Shown: one piece after another, positions 1 to 7,262 of the stretch
How the letters are laid out: each line of letters begins with the position of its first letter
Numbering within the stretch: position 1 is the stretch's first letter
Assembly: GCA_963768855.1 (NCBI GenBank)
Contig: CAVYJM010000022.1
Location: forward strand, 1 to 19,786
DNA from: an uncultured Thermoplasmata archaeon
Lineage (GTDB): Archaea > Thermoplasmatota > Thermoplasmata > RBG-16-68-12
Length of the DNA stretch: 19,786 nt
Direction: 5' to 3'
Translations under genes and position numbers: made by a program
Notes under the pieces: model-generated
Seen by the model: the letters and a program-made list of their open reading frames with translations, nothing else
Database searches by the model: none
What the model was told of the DNA's origin: nothing

Positions 1-64
1 GAACCCGGGGACCGCGTGAGAGCGTGCCTGGGACGGCCCCGGGGCATCTCCCGACGCGGTCTCC

Positions 65-523
65 TTAGCGCCAGACCCGCCACTTCTGGTCCTTTCGGAT
101 CCAAGGCTTCCAGTGCGCGCTCAGGGGAGACGGACTCCGGACGGGCCTCTTCAGTGTGTCCCGCGTGAGGGAGGACAGGGGCTGGAACTTCGTCCAGTCC
201 CTCGCCTCCCGGGGCCGGGGCGATGCGCTCTGCCTGCGCTCCGCCAGGAGCTCCGCGACGACCTCGTCCGCGGGCTCTTCCCGGATCGGGACGTCCGACT
301 TGATCACGGAGATCGCCTCGAACGGGCACTCGATCTCGCACATCTGGCAGCCCGTACACTTGCCGACGAGGATGGGGAACTCCATCATCCAGGGCCGCGG
401 CGCGAAGCCGCCCTCGATGCTGCTCCGCTGGGGCGGCGTCATGTCGATGGCCCGCACGGGGCAGACGTCCATGCAGACGCCGCAGGAGTGGCACTGCCGC
501 GTGATCTGGATCGAGTACGCCAT
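65..523 (-). CDS. 2x[4Fe-4S] dicluster ferredoxin-domain protein, 152 aa, with basic Trp-rich C-terminal tail
   Basis: C-terminal part of ORF 65..1105. Starts MAYSIQITRQ at ATG 523, preceded by GGGGGG right after the upstream TGA. Two CxxCxxCxxxCP motifs: CHSCGVCMDVCP and CTGCQMCEIECP. The upstream Arg-rich part of the track ORF is a shadow of the 538..1419 gene. Confidence 0.88.
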   Translation of the reverse strand: MAYSIQITRQCHSCGVCMDVCPVRAIDMTPPQRSSIEGGFAPRPWMMEFPILVGKCTGCQMCEIECPFEAISVIKSDVPIREEPADEVVAELLAERRQSASPRPREARDWTKFQPLSSLTRDTLKRPVRSPSPLSAHWKPWIRKDQKWRVWR

Positions 524-537
524 CCGACGGTCCCCCC

Positions 538-1419
538 TCAGTCGGACTTCCCCGCCGCGGGCTGGACGGCCTTGTCCCGGGTCGACGGTGCGGGGACGGC
601 CTTCTTCGCGGGCGCCTTCCGGAACGGGAGCAGGTCGGGCTTCGTCACGTACAGGAACGCGTAGCCCGCGAAGGCGGACAGGGCCCCGAAGCACGCGTAG
701 AACGTCACTACGGCGAGCTGGGTGTTGACCGTGGAGCTGAACGCGTTGTAGACGGTCGTCCAGATGTCGCTCCCGCCCGTCGCGGTCGTGATCGCGCCGC
801 TCGCGGTCGCGATGTATCCCGCGTTCCCGTAGCCCGCGATGCTCTCCGTGACCATGAGGATTCCGAAGACGTAGAAGAACGTGGCCGCTGCGAGGAGCGT
901 GGACACGGCTCGGTTCCACTTCTCCTCCTCGTCCGGGTCCCGGACGAGCTTGATCACGAGGACCGCGGCGGTCAGGACGATGGCGAGGGGCATGAACGGC
1001 ACCGCGATCGGATAGTCGCCGTACGTGCCGACGAAGAAGAGCTCGAAGCCGAGTAAGAGGGCGCCGAACGCGAGCCCGTCCCGGATCATGATGTACGCGA
1101 GCCACCAGATATCCGCGCCGAGGCGGAGGGTGAACTTGTCCAGGGTCCGCAGGAAGTAGTTCCGCGCGATCTGGAGGCTGAACGCCCCGATGAACAGCAT
1201 TCCGACGGTCAGGGCGATCGTGGCCTCCGTGAAGATGCCGACGCCCGTCGCGATCGATCCGGAATCCGCCTGGGCCGAGACCGTGCCTGCCGCCGCCGGG
1301 GTGCTCCGGGCCCCGAGGCCGTTGAACGCTATGCCCACCAGGAACACGCCGGCGAGGACCAACAGCAGGATGATCGCCGCGCGATGCTCACGCTTCCCTT
1401 GCTTCCCCTTGAACTGCAT
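538..1419 (-). CDS. Hypothetical polytopic membrane protein (~6 TM), 293 aa
   Basis: About six long hydrophobic segments, GC-rich third codon positions, Lys/Pro/Ala-rich polar tail. Lies 14 nt upstream of the ferredoxin gene on the same strand. No family recognised. Confidence 0.85.
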   Translation of the reverse strand: MQFKGKQGKREHRAAIILLLVLAGVFLVGIAFNGLGARSTPAAAGTVSAQADSGSIATGVGIFTEATIALTVGMLFIGAFSLQIARNYFLRTLDKFTLRLGADIWWLAYIMIRDGLAFGALLLGFELFFVGTYGDYPIAVPFMPLAIVLTAAVLVIKLVRDPDEEEKWNRAVSTLLAAATFFYVFGILMVTESIAGYGNAGYIATASGAITTATGGSDIWTTVYNAFSSTVNTQLAVVTFYACFGALSAFAGYAFLYVTKPDLLPFRKAPAKKAVPAPSTRDKAVQPAAGKSD

Positions 1420-1641
1420 CCGTATTCGCTCCGACGCGGCCTTCCACGCGTCTTCCCTCTGAGACGGGGGTGGGCATATCAGCCCCCCGGCGGTAGAGTG
1501 CGTATTGCACGTACGCCATCACAGGTTTAGGCTAACCGAGACGAGGTCGCGCCGGTAGGCCCGCGTGCCATCGTCCGATAGCAACAATGGGTACGCAGGC
1601 TATTTCCCCCCGCCCGTGCCTGGTCGCGTCCGAGGGAACCG

Positions 1642-1986
1642 TTGCAGCAATGCGCCGTGTGCGAGGTGCGGCTTCCAAGCGAGCCGGAGGATGACTGCGA
1701 CGGGGAGATGGAGACCTGCCATCGGGTCTGCGCCCGCGTCCACATGGCGGAGTACAAAGACGGGCTCTTCTTCTGCACGAGCTGCTACCTCTGGCTCCTG
1801 GGGACCTACAACGACATCCTCGCCGGTCGATCCTTCGACACGCGCGCCGTGCGGTTCCTGCGGCTCATGGTTCTCGAGCAAGCACCGCTCCTCCAGGAGT
1901 GGGTGCGGACCGCGGTGAAGCGTGGAGGCCGGAGCCCACCCGCCCCGCGAAGGTCTGCTCGAACGTCGGGGGCGTCGCCCTCCTAG
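1642..1986 (+). CDS. Hypothetical Cys-rich, possible Zn-binding protein, 114 aa
   Basis: TTG start with GAGGGA just upstream. Motifs CAVC, CHRVC..H, CTSC. Coding-like codon use in the central part. Confidence 0.5.
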   Translation: MQQCAVCEVRLPSEPEDDCDGEMETCHRVCARVHMAEYKDGLFFCTSCYLWLLGTYNDILAGRSFDTRAVRFLRLMVLEQAPLLQEWVRTAVKRGGRSPPAPRRSARTSGASPS

Positions 1987-2013
1987 GTTCCGTTTCCGAC
2001 AGCCGAATCCAGA

Positions 2014-2340
2014 CTACTTGTCGAACGTGACGACGTTGACCATGGCGTGCGGCTGGCCGGGATAGTAGGAGACCCGGACGAACCGCCGTCCCACGAGCAA
2101 GGCGAGTTGCACGAAGCCATCGCTCCCGGTCTCCAGCTCCCCGATGGGTTCCAGCTCCTCATCAACAACGTTCACGATCTTCTTCGTCGCGTCCACGGGG
2201 AACCATCCCGAGTAGGGATCGAGGTGGAGGATCTTCTTGCGCAGGTCCTCGACCCGGATGTCCAGCGACTTCCGCGTCTTCGGGACAGAGGACTTCTTCT
2301 TGATTTCGCTCATCCGTTGCCCGATGCGCTCGAGGTACAT
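2014..2340 (-). CDS. Hypothetical protein, ~99-108 aa
   Basis: C-terminal part of ORF 2014..2547. Start is either ATG 2340 (MYLER, GGGGAGGG upstream) or ATG 2313 (MSEIKK). Strong coding bias (AAG/GAG/GAC) and a protein-like alpha/beta pattern. Confidence 0.65.
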   Translation of the reverse strand: MYLERIGQRMSEIKKKSSVPKTRKSLDIRVEDLRKKILHLDPYSGWFPVDATKKIVNVVDEELEPIGELETGSDGFVQLALLVGRRFVRVSYYPGQPHAMVNVVTFDK

Positions 2341-2458
2341 AGGCTTGAGGGCCCTCCCCTCGGCGAGGCCTTGTGAAGCCCAAGCTGGGTCCTTCGATTC
2401 TCGGTTCGCTGGCGATGGGACTCCGTGGGGCCAGGCAAGTCCGCGAGGTTGTCTTCCC

Positions 2459-2851
2459 TCACATCTTGCCCAGATCCCGAGCGATTCTCTCCGAGTCCGT
2501 GTAGAGCCGGTGGCTCTTGACCTTGCCCTCATGGAGCTCGAAGACATTCAACGCCTTCTGCTTCGTTTCCTTCCCGTTCGCCAACTTCCCCTCCTGGGTC
2601 CATTCCACGAACACGAGGTCCCCCGTCTCTTGGAGGTTCTCCACGTTCAGCCGCAGCCCTTCGGGCCAGGTGGCCCCGATCTTCCGCATCCATTCCTGGA
2701 CGCCTTCCTTCCCCCGGAACGAGCCGCCCGCGATCGTCCCGCTCGATTCGATCTGGGCCTCGCGGTCGTAGAGCTCCAGGACCGCGGGGATGTTCCCCTG
2801 GTTGAAGTGCTCGATGCCTTCCTTTATCCGTTCCGCGTTGTTTCCCGTCAT
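2459..2851 (-). CDS. SnoaL-like / NTF2-family protein, 130 aa
   Basis: ATG 2851 follows a strong SD (GGAGGGGGTGAT). Pattern typical of the family: FNQGNIPAVLELYD, FRGKEGVQEW, GDLVFVEW, VFELHEGKV..HRLYTD. Confidence 0.88.
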   Translation of the reverse strand: MTGNNAERIKEGIEHFNQGNIPAVLELYDREAQIESSGTIAGGSFRGKEGVQEWMRKIGATWPEGLRLNVENLQETGDLVFVEWTQEGKLANGKETKQKALNVFELHEGKVKSHRLYTDSERIARDLGKM

Positions 2852-3082
2852 ATCACCCCCTCCGTCCAAGACGGCGGTTCGAGAACATTGTTCGGCGCCC
2901 TTTGTCGGCGCGGTGGTCAGGGCCCGGTACGCCTACGCAAGAAACCCGAGCTCCAAGACCGTGTTAAGTCATAGCATGGAATGGCATGAACCTGCCGGTA
3001 TCCCGCTCGGCGCTGGAGACCTCCAAGCATACCTCCGGGGAACCGCGGTGGGCACGCCGTTGATGCGGGCCGGGGAGAGCGG

Positions 3083-3334
3083 TCACCGGTACACGGTGCT
3101 CCGATGGCCGACAGTCAGGACGTAGATCGTCTTGCCGTCCCAATCGATGTCCAGGATTACGCGGTAGTCCCCCACCCGTAGCTTGTAGGCGTCGACGGAA
3201 GTCAGGCGGCTCACGAAGCGCCGGGGATCCGAGGCCGCATCCCGGAGCTTCCGCGCGATCCGCTCCCGCACCGGTCTATCGAGCTTGCGGAATTCCTCCG
3301 CCGCAAGCTCGGAGAATTCCACCTGGAAGGCCAG
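3083..3334 (-). CDS. relE: Type II toxin, RelE/StbE (RelE/ParE superfamily)
   Basis: YKLRVGDYRVIL...IYVLTVGHRSTVY is a RelE signature, and the gene lies directly downstream of an RHH gene. Start uncertain: GTG 3322 (track) or in-frame CTG 3334 giving MAFQVEFS. Confidence 0.9.
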   Translation of the reverse strand: MAFQVEFSELAAEEFRKLDRPVRERIARKLRDAASDPRRFVSRLTSVDAYKLRVGDYRVILDIDWDGKTIYVLTVGHRSTVYR

Positions 3335-3338
3335 GGGC

Positions 3339-3563
3339 TCATTCCTCTTCCATGAGGCGCTCTAGGGAGACGGTCTTCCCCGCGCGGATCTGACGGCGGG
3401 ACTCGAAGATGTCCTCGATCGTCTTCAGGCTCAGGCGGTCCTCGAGGGCGCGGGCGATCGCGTACCGGATGAACTCGGACTTCGAAGGGAAGCCCCGCTC
3501 TTTTGAGGCCTCCGCCAGGAGTTTGGCCTGCTCCTTCGTGAGTTTGAGGCTGACCGTCTCCAC
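3339..3563 (-). CDS. Ribbon-helix-helix (CopG-like) antitoxin, 74 aa
   Basis: GTG 3563, METVSLKLTKEQAKLLAEASKERGFPSKSEFIRYAI: beta-strand, helix, G-turn, S-E-x-I-R-x-A-I helix. C-terminal GKTVSLERL is typical of antitoxins. Adjacent to relE. Confidence 0.88.
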   Translation of the reverse strand: METVSLKLTKEQAKLLAEASKERGFPSKSEFIRYAIARALEDRLSLKTIEDIFESRRQIRAGKTVSLERLMEEE

Positions 3564-3571
3564 GGTAGGTG

Positions 3572-3593
3572 GTAATACCCTGGTATTACTTAA
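3572..3593 (-). promoter_or_regulatory. Putative TA promoter/operator: perfect 8-2-8 inverted repeat abutting a TATA-like TTAAGT
   Basis: GTAATACC(3572-3579)-CT-GGTATTAC(3582-3589). Minus-strand TTAAGT at 3593-3588 ends 24 nt before the GTG start. Confidence 0.7.
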
Positions 3594-3643
3594 TCCTTGG
3601 TGCCGGGTCGGCGAATCCGGGCGCAGACGAGGCCCCGCCTCTG

Positions 3644-3726
3644 AGGACCACCGTTGCGACGCCGTCGAGGCAGGGCGGGTGGAACGTTCTCGGCCGGACT
3701 CTCTGTGCAGACGTCGCCCAGGTCGC
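3644..3726 (-). pseudogene. 3' remnant of a paralogue of the HNH gene at 4944..5534
   Basis: Aligns by eye with 4960..5044: 30/36 nt identical in the first block, 15/20 in the last, 2 nt shorter overall. Encodes CLDGVATVVLR versus CLDGVATAVLR, and DLGDVC versus DLSRVC in a shifted frame. Confidence 0.75.
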
Positions 3727-3937
3727 GCCCGCGTCCTTCCCGTCCTCATCCGCCTCGGCTCCTGGAACGGACCGGGCCCGGACGGATTTGAACCGTCTCA
3801 GAAGAGCAAAGGCCGAGGCTGCGGTCTCGTCCACCTCAAACCTAGGGCGGGCCACCATCGGATTTCGGACAACCGAAAGTGTGTTATAGGGGGCAAACCA
3901 TGCCGCCGCGACGGGGGTTCCGTCCAGGAGTGAGGGA

Positions 3938-4594
3938 ATGAATCATCGCAAGGTTTCTGTGTCAGCCGCCGCGTTCCTGTCGCAAGACAGGCAGCGTAGA
4001 ACGAACGTTGTCATCGTCTCCGGCATTACTCTGATGCTGATGTTCAGCCTGATCTTGTTCGTCACTCCGGCCGCGAAGGCAGCCGGGCCATGTGAAGAGA
4101 CGGCCTATGCCAACGGACAACTTTTCTGCATTCACGTGACGAAGGTCATCACGAATCCGAGCGCGGGTCTGCTTGCGACCGCAGAACCGATCTACATCGC
4201 GTCCTACTTCCCCCTGCCGACAGGATGCGACACGACCAACCCGTCGAGCTGCGCGCCTGAGACCCTCCCATCCGGATACCAGCCGCTCTGCAACCCCTGC
4301 TTCCATGGAGACGGCCTTGACGCTTTCCCGTACCACGACCACGTTATGGAAGGCGCTCCTGGCTTTGGAATCCATGGCACGGTGGACGGCATGAAGGGCC
4401 CATGGGTACTGATCATCGCCGCGTACGTTCCCACCTACAGCAACCAAGTGGGATTTACGCCGTTCAAGAGCACGGCAGACATCGCTGCCGGTGAGCTTGC
4501 CGGGCACTTCCAGACCATCAATCCAAGTGGGGCCAACCCCTACGAGGTCAACACGGGGGTCGTACTCATGTTCGGCGTTCAGCCACTTGGGTAG
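3938..4594 (+). CDS. Putative secreted or membrane-anchored Cys/His-rich hypothetical protein, 218 aa
   Basis: ATG after GGAGTGAGGGA. Basic N-region, hydrophobic stretch and AKA-A cleavage-like site. 6 Cys; motifs CNPCFH and YHDH. Three hand-counted 60-nt lines gave 57-60% GC, visibly lower than the core genes. Confidence 0.8.
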   Translation: MNHRKVSVSAAAFLSQDRQRRTNVVIVSGITLMLMFSLILFVTPAAKAAGPCEETAYANGQLFCIHVTKVITNPSAGLLATAEPIYIASYFPLPTGCDTTNPSSCAPETLPSGYQPLCNPCFHGDGLDAFPYHDHVMEGAPGFGIHGTVDGMKGPWVLIIAAYVPTYSNQVGFTPFKSTADIAAGELAGHFQTINPSGANPYEVNTGVVLMFGVQPLG

Positions 4595-4599
4595 TCGAT

Positions 4600-4905
4600 C
4601 GCCGCGCGGTCGTCGACGCATCCTTCGGACCCGAGCTCGAGGCCGCCCTCCCTCCCCTCCGGAAGGGTCGTCGCTACGAGATCGGCGGGCTGACATACGC
4701 GGGGGTGCATCGCGGGTTCGATGCGGACCATCCCCGGGCCCGGTGGCTCCTCCACGACGGGCTGTGGGCCACCCGGGGCTTTGAGGACACGAAGGTCCTC
4801 CACAGTCCCGCCTTCGTCGACCGGTGCTTCGAACTGTGCCGGGAACTTGCGCTCCTCCACCGCTGGCTCGTGAAGGTGGACCGGCGGGCGCACGCCCGAC
4901 GATAG
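4600..4905 (+). pseudogene. 5'-truncated DUF2461-like gene remnant
   Basis: The frame of ORF 4705..4905 extended upstream reads RRAVVDASFGPELEAALPPLRKGRRYEIGGLTYAGVHRGFDADHPRARWLLHDGLWA...LHSPAFVDRCFELCRELALLHRWL. From memory this resembles the DUF2461 C-terminal half (RVPRGFDADHP...LLKH.GL...L.PL..WL). No N-terminal half or SD/start seen. Confidence 0.6.
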
Positions 4906-4943
4906 GGAGCGTCCTCCGCCTCGGGGCGAGCCGTGTGAGGCGC

Positions 4944-5534
4944 CTAGCTCGGGTTTCGAAGGACCGCGGTCGCGACGCCGTCCAGGCAAAGCGGGGACAT
5001 CTTTCCGACCGAATCCTCCTGCTTGCAGACGCGACTGAGGTCGCACTCGGGGCAGAATCGGGCGTGGAGGTCGTCCTCCGTGACGCCGAGGACGTCCGCG
5101 TCGTCGAGGAGCTCGTAGAGAAGCTTGAGGTACTTCCCCTCGGCGAGGCGGGGGACGTCGTACTTGGCCGCCTTGAGGCCGCCCTTCGCCGTCGTGTAGT
5201 ACTCATAGAGGCGGCGCGGACCCTTCGAGGCGTTGCAGGACCGGCAAATCCACACGGCGTTCTTCTCGTCCTGCGGCCCGTGGAAGGCACGAGGCATTAG
5301 ATGGTCCAGGGTCAGGTCCCCCGCGCGGCCGCAGTACAGGCAACGGTGGAAGTCATTGTGCTCCTTCACATACTCTCGGATCGAGTCCCAGGCGATCTCC
5401 CCGGACTGGAGCTTCTTGAAGCGCTCCATGACGAAGGCCCACTGCCGCTTGCCGACGCCCGCGGAGTCGGCGATGATCTTCGCGTACTGCCAGTACATCA
5501 GGTCTCTCAGATCGCGGATCGCGGCGGGCGGCAT
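4944..5534 (-). CDS. Standalone HNH endonuclease, 196 aa
   Basis: ATG after GAAGGAG. CLYC...LTLDHLMPRAFHG...NAVWICRSCNASKG matches HNH (DH..P, N, CxxC-N..K). Extra C-terminal Cys cluster CPEC..VC..C. Confidence 0.9.
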   Translation of the reverse strand: MPPAAIRDLRDLMYWQYAKIIADSAGVGKRQWAFVMERFKKLQSGEIAWDSIREYVKEHNDFHRCLYCGRAGDLTLDHLMPRAFHGPQDEKNAVWICRSCNASKGPRRLYEYYTTAKGGLKAAKYDVPRLAEGKYLKLLYELLDDADVLGVTEDDLHARFCPECDLSRVCKQEDSVGKMSPLCLDGVATAVLRNPS

Positions 5535-5799
5535 GCGGCTCCTTCGATGCGCGAGACGAGGCTGGACGGCTATGAAGACTCGGTACGCATTGTGACCACG
5601 TTTTGATGGTCTAGGCCGAGGGAACGGGAGTCAGGATGACTACACCTCAGAGGCCTTCCACCCCGAAGCTTGCGTCTCGTCGGGCTCAGGAAGTTACTTC
5701 TTTCCGAAGTCATTAGCCGCCCGTGAGAGCGGCAGGAACAGGACGCGGTGAGCCGTGAGGAAACGCGGAGCAGGTCGCTCGGACGCGAGGGGTCAGAGC

Positions 5800-6948
5800 A
5801 TGAAGGTGCACGAGCCGCGACTGAACGAGACGGCGTTCCTGGGCATCTGCTATCCGTCGAAGAGGCTCCTCCTGAATGAGAAACGCCTGTTCATGCCCGC
5901 GTCCACGACGAAGCTCTACACATCGTGGCTCGCGTGCGAGTCGCTCGGAGAGGATTCCTCGTTCCACTCCGAGTATTCCATCGAGGGACGGTCTCTGTAC
6001 CTCCGCCCGATGGGAAACCCCCTCCTCTCCGAGGAATCGATCGGCGAACTGCTCCACGAGATCGGTGGCAGGACGATCGAGGAGATCGTCTTCGCTAGTC
6101 CCTTCCTCCAGACTCCCCGCTACCCGTCCACCTGGGTGATCAGCGACCTCCAGGAAGCCTGGGGTGCGCCCCTCTCCGACGTCTGCTTCCATGAGAACTA
6201 CGCGACAGTCAGCGGCTCCGGAGGCACCCTGACGACGCCGTCCAGTTCCTACTACTCCGTCCGGACCGTGGAGGGAATCGAGAAACCCGTCCTCCAAGGC
6301 CGGATCGTCTCCCTCCCGCCCGGGTTCTCCGGTACGTTCGATTTCCCGATCCTGGAACCGGAGGACTTCCTCTTCCACTGGCTGCGGGAGCGGATCCCTG
6401 GGACGGCAATCAAGAAGCGGACGGGTCAGCTGCGGGGGTCTCCGATCCCCTTCGCGCAGGCGTCCTTGAAGGACGTGCTCCGCACGATGAACAAGAAGTC
6501 GTCGAACATCCTCGCGGAGCTCCTCCTCGCGCACTCGGCCCGCGCCCTGGGCACGCCCCTCGACTACGCGGACGCCCTGCCCGTGTTCACGGACGCGCTC
6601 CAGCGAATCGGCATCCGGGACGCGCGGCTGTACGACGGTTCCGGCGTCTCCCGATACAACCTCGTCTCCCCGCGGGGGACCGTCGCCCTCCTGGAAGCCT
6701 GCACGAAGTACGACTCGATCGTGGACTCGCTGCCGATTGGGGGAAAGGACGGGACCCTCGCCGGCCGGAAGCTCCCCCGCAGGATCCGGGCGAAGACGGG
6801 CTCCCTCACGGGAGTCCAGGCGCTCGCGGGCTACGACGGAGACGAGCCGTTCTCCGTCGTGATCAACCACGCGTCCGCGGACGAGCGCGAGCTGATCGAG
6901 GAGGTCGACCGGATCGTGTCGGGTCGCGGACCCGGGTCGCGCCGCTAG
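5800..6948 (+). CDS. dacB: D-alanyl-D-alanine carboxypeptidase/endopeptidase, peptidase S13 (PBP4/DacB family), 382 aa, no signal peptide
   Basis: ATG 5800 after GAGGGG. PBP motifs S35xxK (PASTTK), S234xN (KKSSN..AE), K332TG (AKTGSL), plus S13-typical DGSGVSRYNL. No hydrophobic N-terminus. Confidence 0.9.
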   Translation: MKVHEPRLNETAFLGICYPSKRLLLNEKRLFMPASTTKLYTSWLACESLGEDSSFHSEYSIEGRSLYLRPMGNPLLSEESIGELLHEIGGRTIEEIVFASPFLQTPRYPSTWVISDLQEAWGAPLSDVCFHENYATVSGSGGTLTTPSSSYYSVRTVEGIEKPVLQGRIVSLPPGFSGTFDFPILEPEDFLFHWLRERIPGTAIKKRTGQLRGSPIPFAQASLKDVLRTMNKKSSNILAELLLAHSARALGTPLDYADALPVFTDALQRIGIRDARLYDGSGVSRYNLVSPRGTVALLEACTKYDSIVDSLPIGGKDGTLAGRKLPRRIRAKTGSLTGVQALAGYDGDEPFSVVINHASADERELIEEVDRIVSGRGPGSRR

Positions 6949-7262
6949 ACGCGTCTCCTCAGGGGTGCGGTCATCCTCCGGTAGAGGATTGCCTCGACCA
7001 GCAGGGTCGGCACGAGCAGGATCGCGAAGAGGAGGAACGAGAAGCCGCCCTCCAGGATGATCACGGCCCACGGCAGGAAGACGCCGTCCAGGAGGACGCA
7101 CGCGGAGAGGTACAGGTTCCGGAGGGTCAGGGTGGTCAGCGACTCGTCCGCCATCCGCGCAAGCCGCTGGAGCCTCCAGCGGCTGTACCGGCGCATCAGG
7201 CCGTCGATCCCGCGAGGCTCCTCGGCCGAGTCGTCCCCGGCTGCGTCGTCAGTGGGCTTCAT
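6945..7262 (-). CDS. Small 2-TM hypothetical membrane protein, 105 aa, last gene of the permease/ATPase operon
   Basis: ATG 7262 after GGAGGTGG, overlapping the dppF stop region. Two hydrophobic segments. Its TAG overlaps the dacB TAG in CTAG at 6945-6948. Confidence 0.7.
   Translation of the reverse strand: MKPTDDAAGDDSAEEPRGIDGLMRRYSRWRLQRLARMADESLTTLTLRNLYLSACVLLDGVFLPWAVIILEGGFSFLLFAILLVPTLLVEAILYRRMTAPLRRRV

Noticed and set aside
1-47. Possible start of a next minus-strand gene (ATG 47, MPRGRPRHALTRSPG) after the ferredoxin stop
   Set aside because: Only 15 codons visible and nothing recognisable; cannot be supported.
2342-2391. Cluster of short palindromes (GAGGGCCCTC, CCTC-GGC-GAGG, GGCTT...AAGCC)
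   Set aside because: Short GC-rich stems arise by chance; no recognisable RNA family.
2873-2893. GGTTCGA T-loop-like motif and GAACA-T-TGTTC palindrome upstream of the SnoaL gene
   Set aside because: No T-stem or cloverleaf, so not a tRNA; a 5-bp-arm palindrome is too short to call an operator.
3586-3858. 90-aa minus-strand ORF ending in ...CLDGVATVVLRGG...
   Set aside because: Only the HNH-like stump is meaningful; the rest has no coding signature and the homology changes frame.
4285-4305. CNPCFH as a heme c attachment site
   Set aside because: Spacing is CxxCxH, not CxxCH, and no cytochrome c maturation genes are in view.
3638-5655. 10-bp inverted match GCCTCTGAGG at ~3638 and ~5646 as possible element ends
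   Set aside because: Too short, with no transposase/integrase and no target-site duplication.
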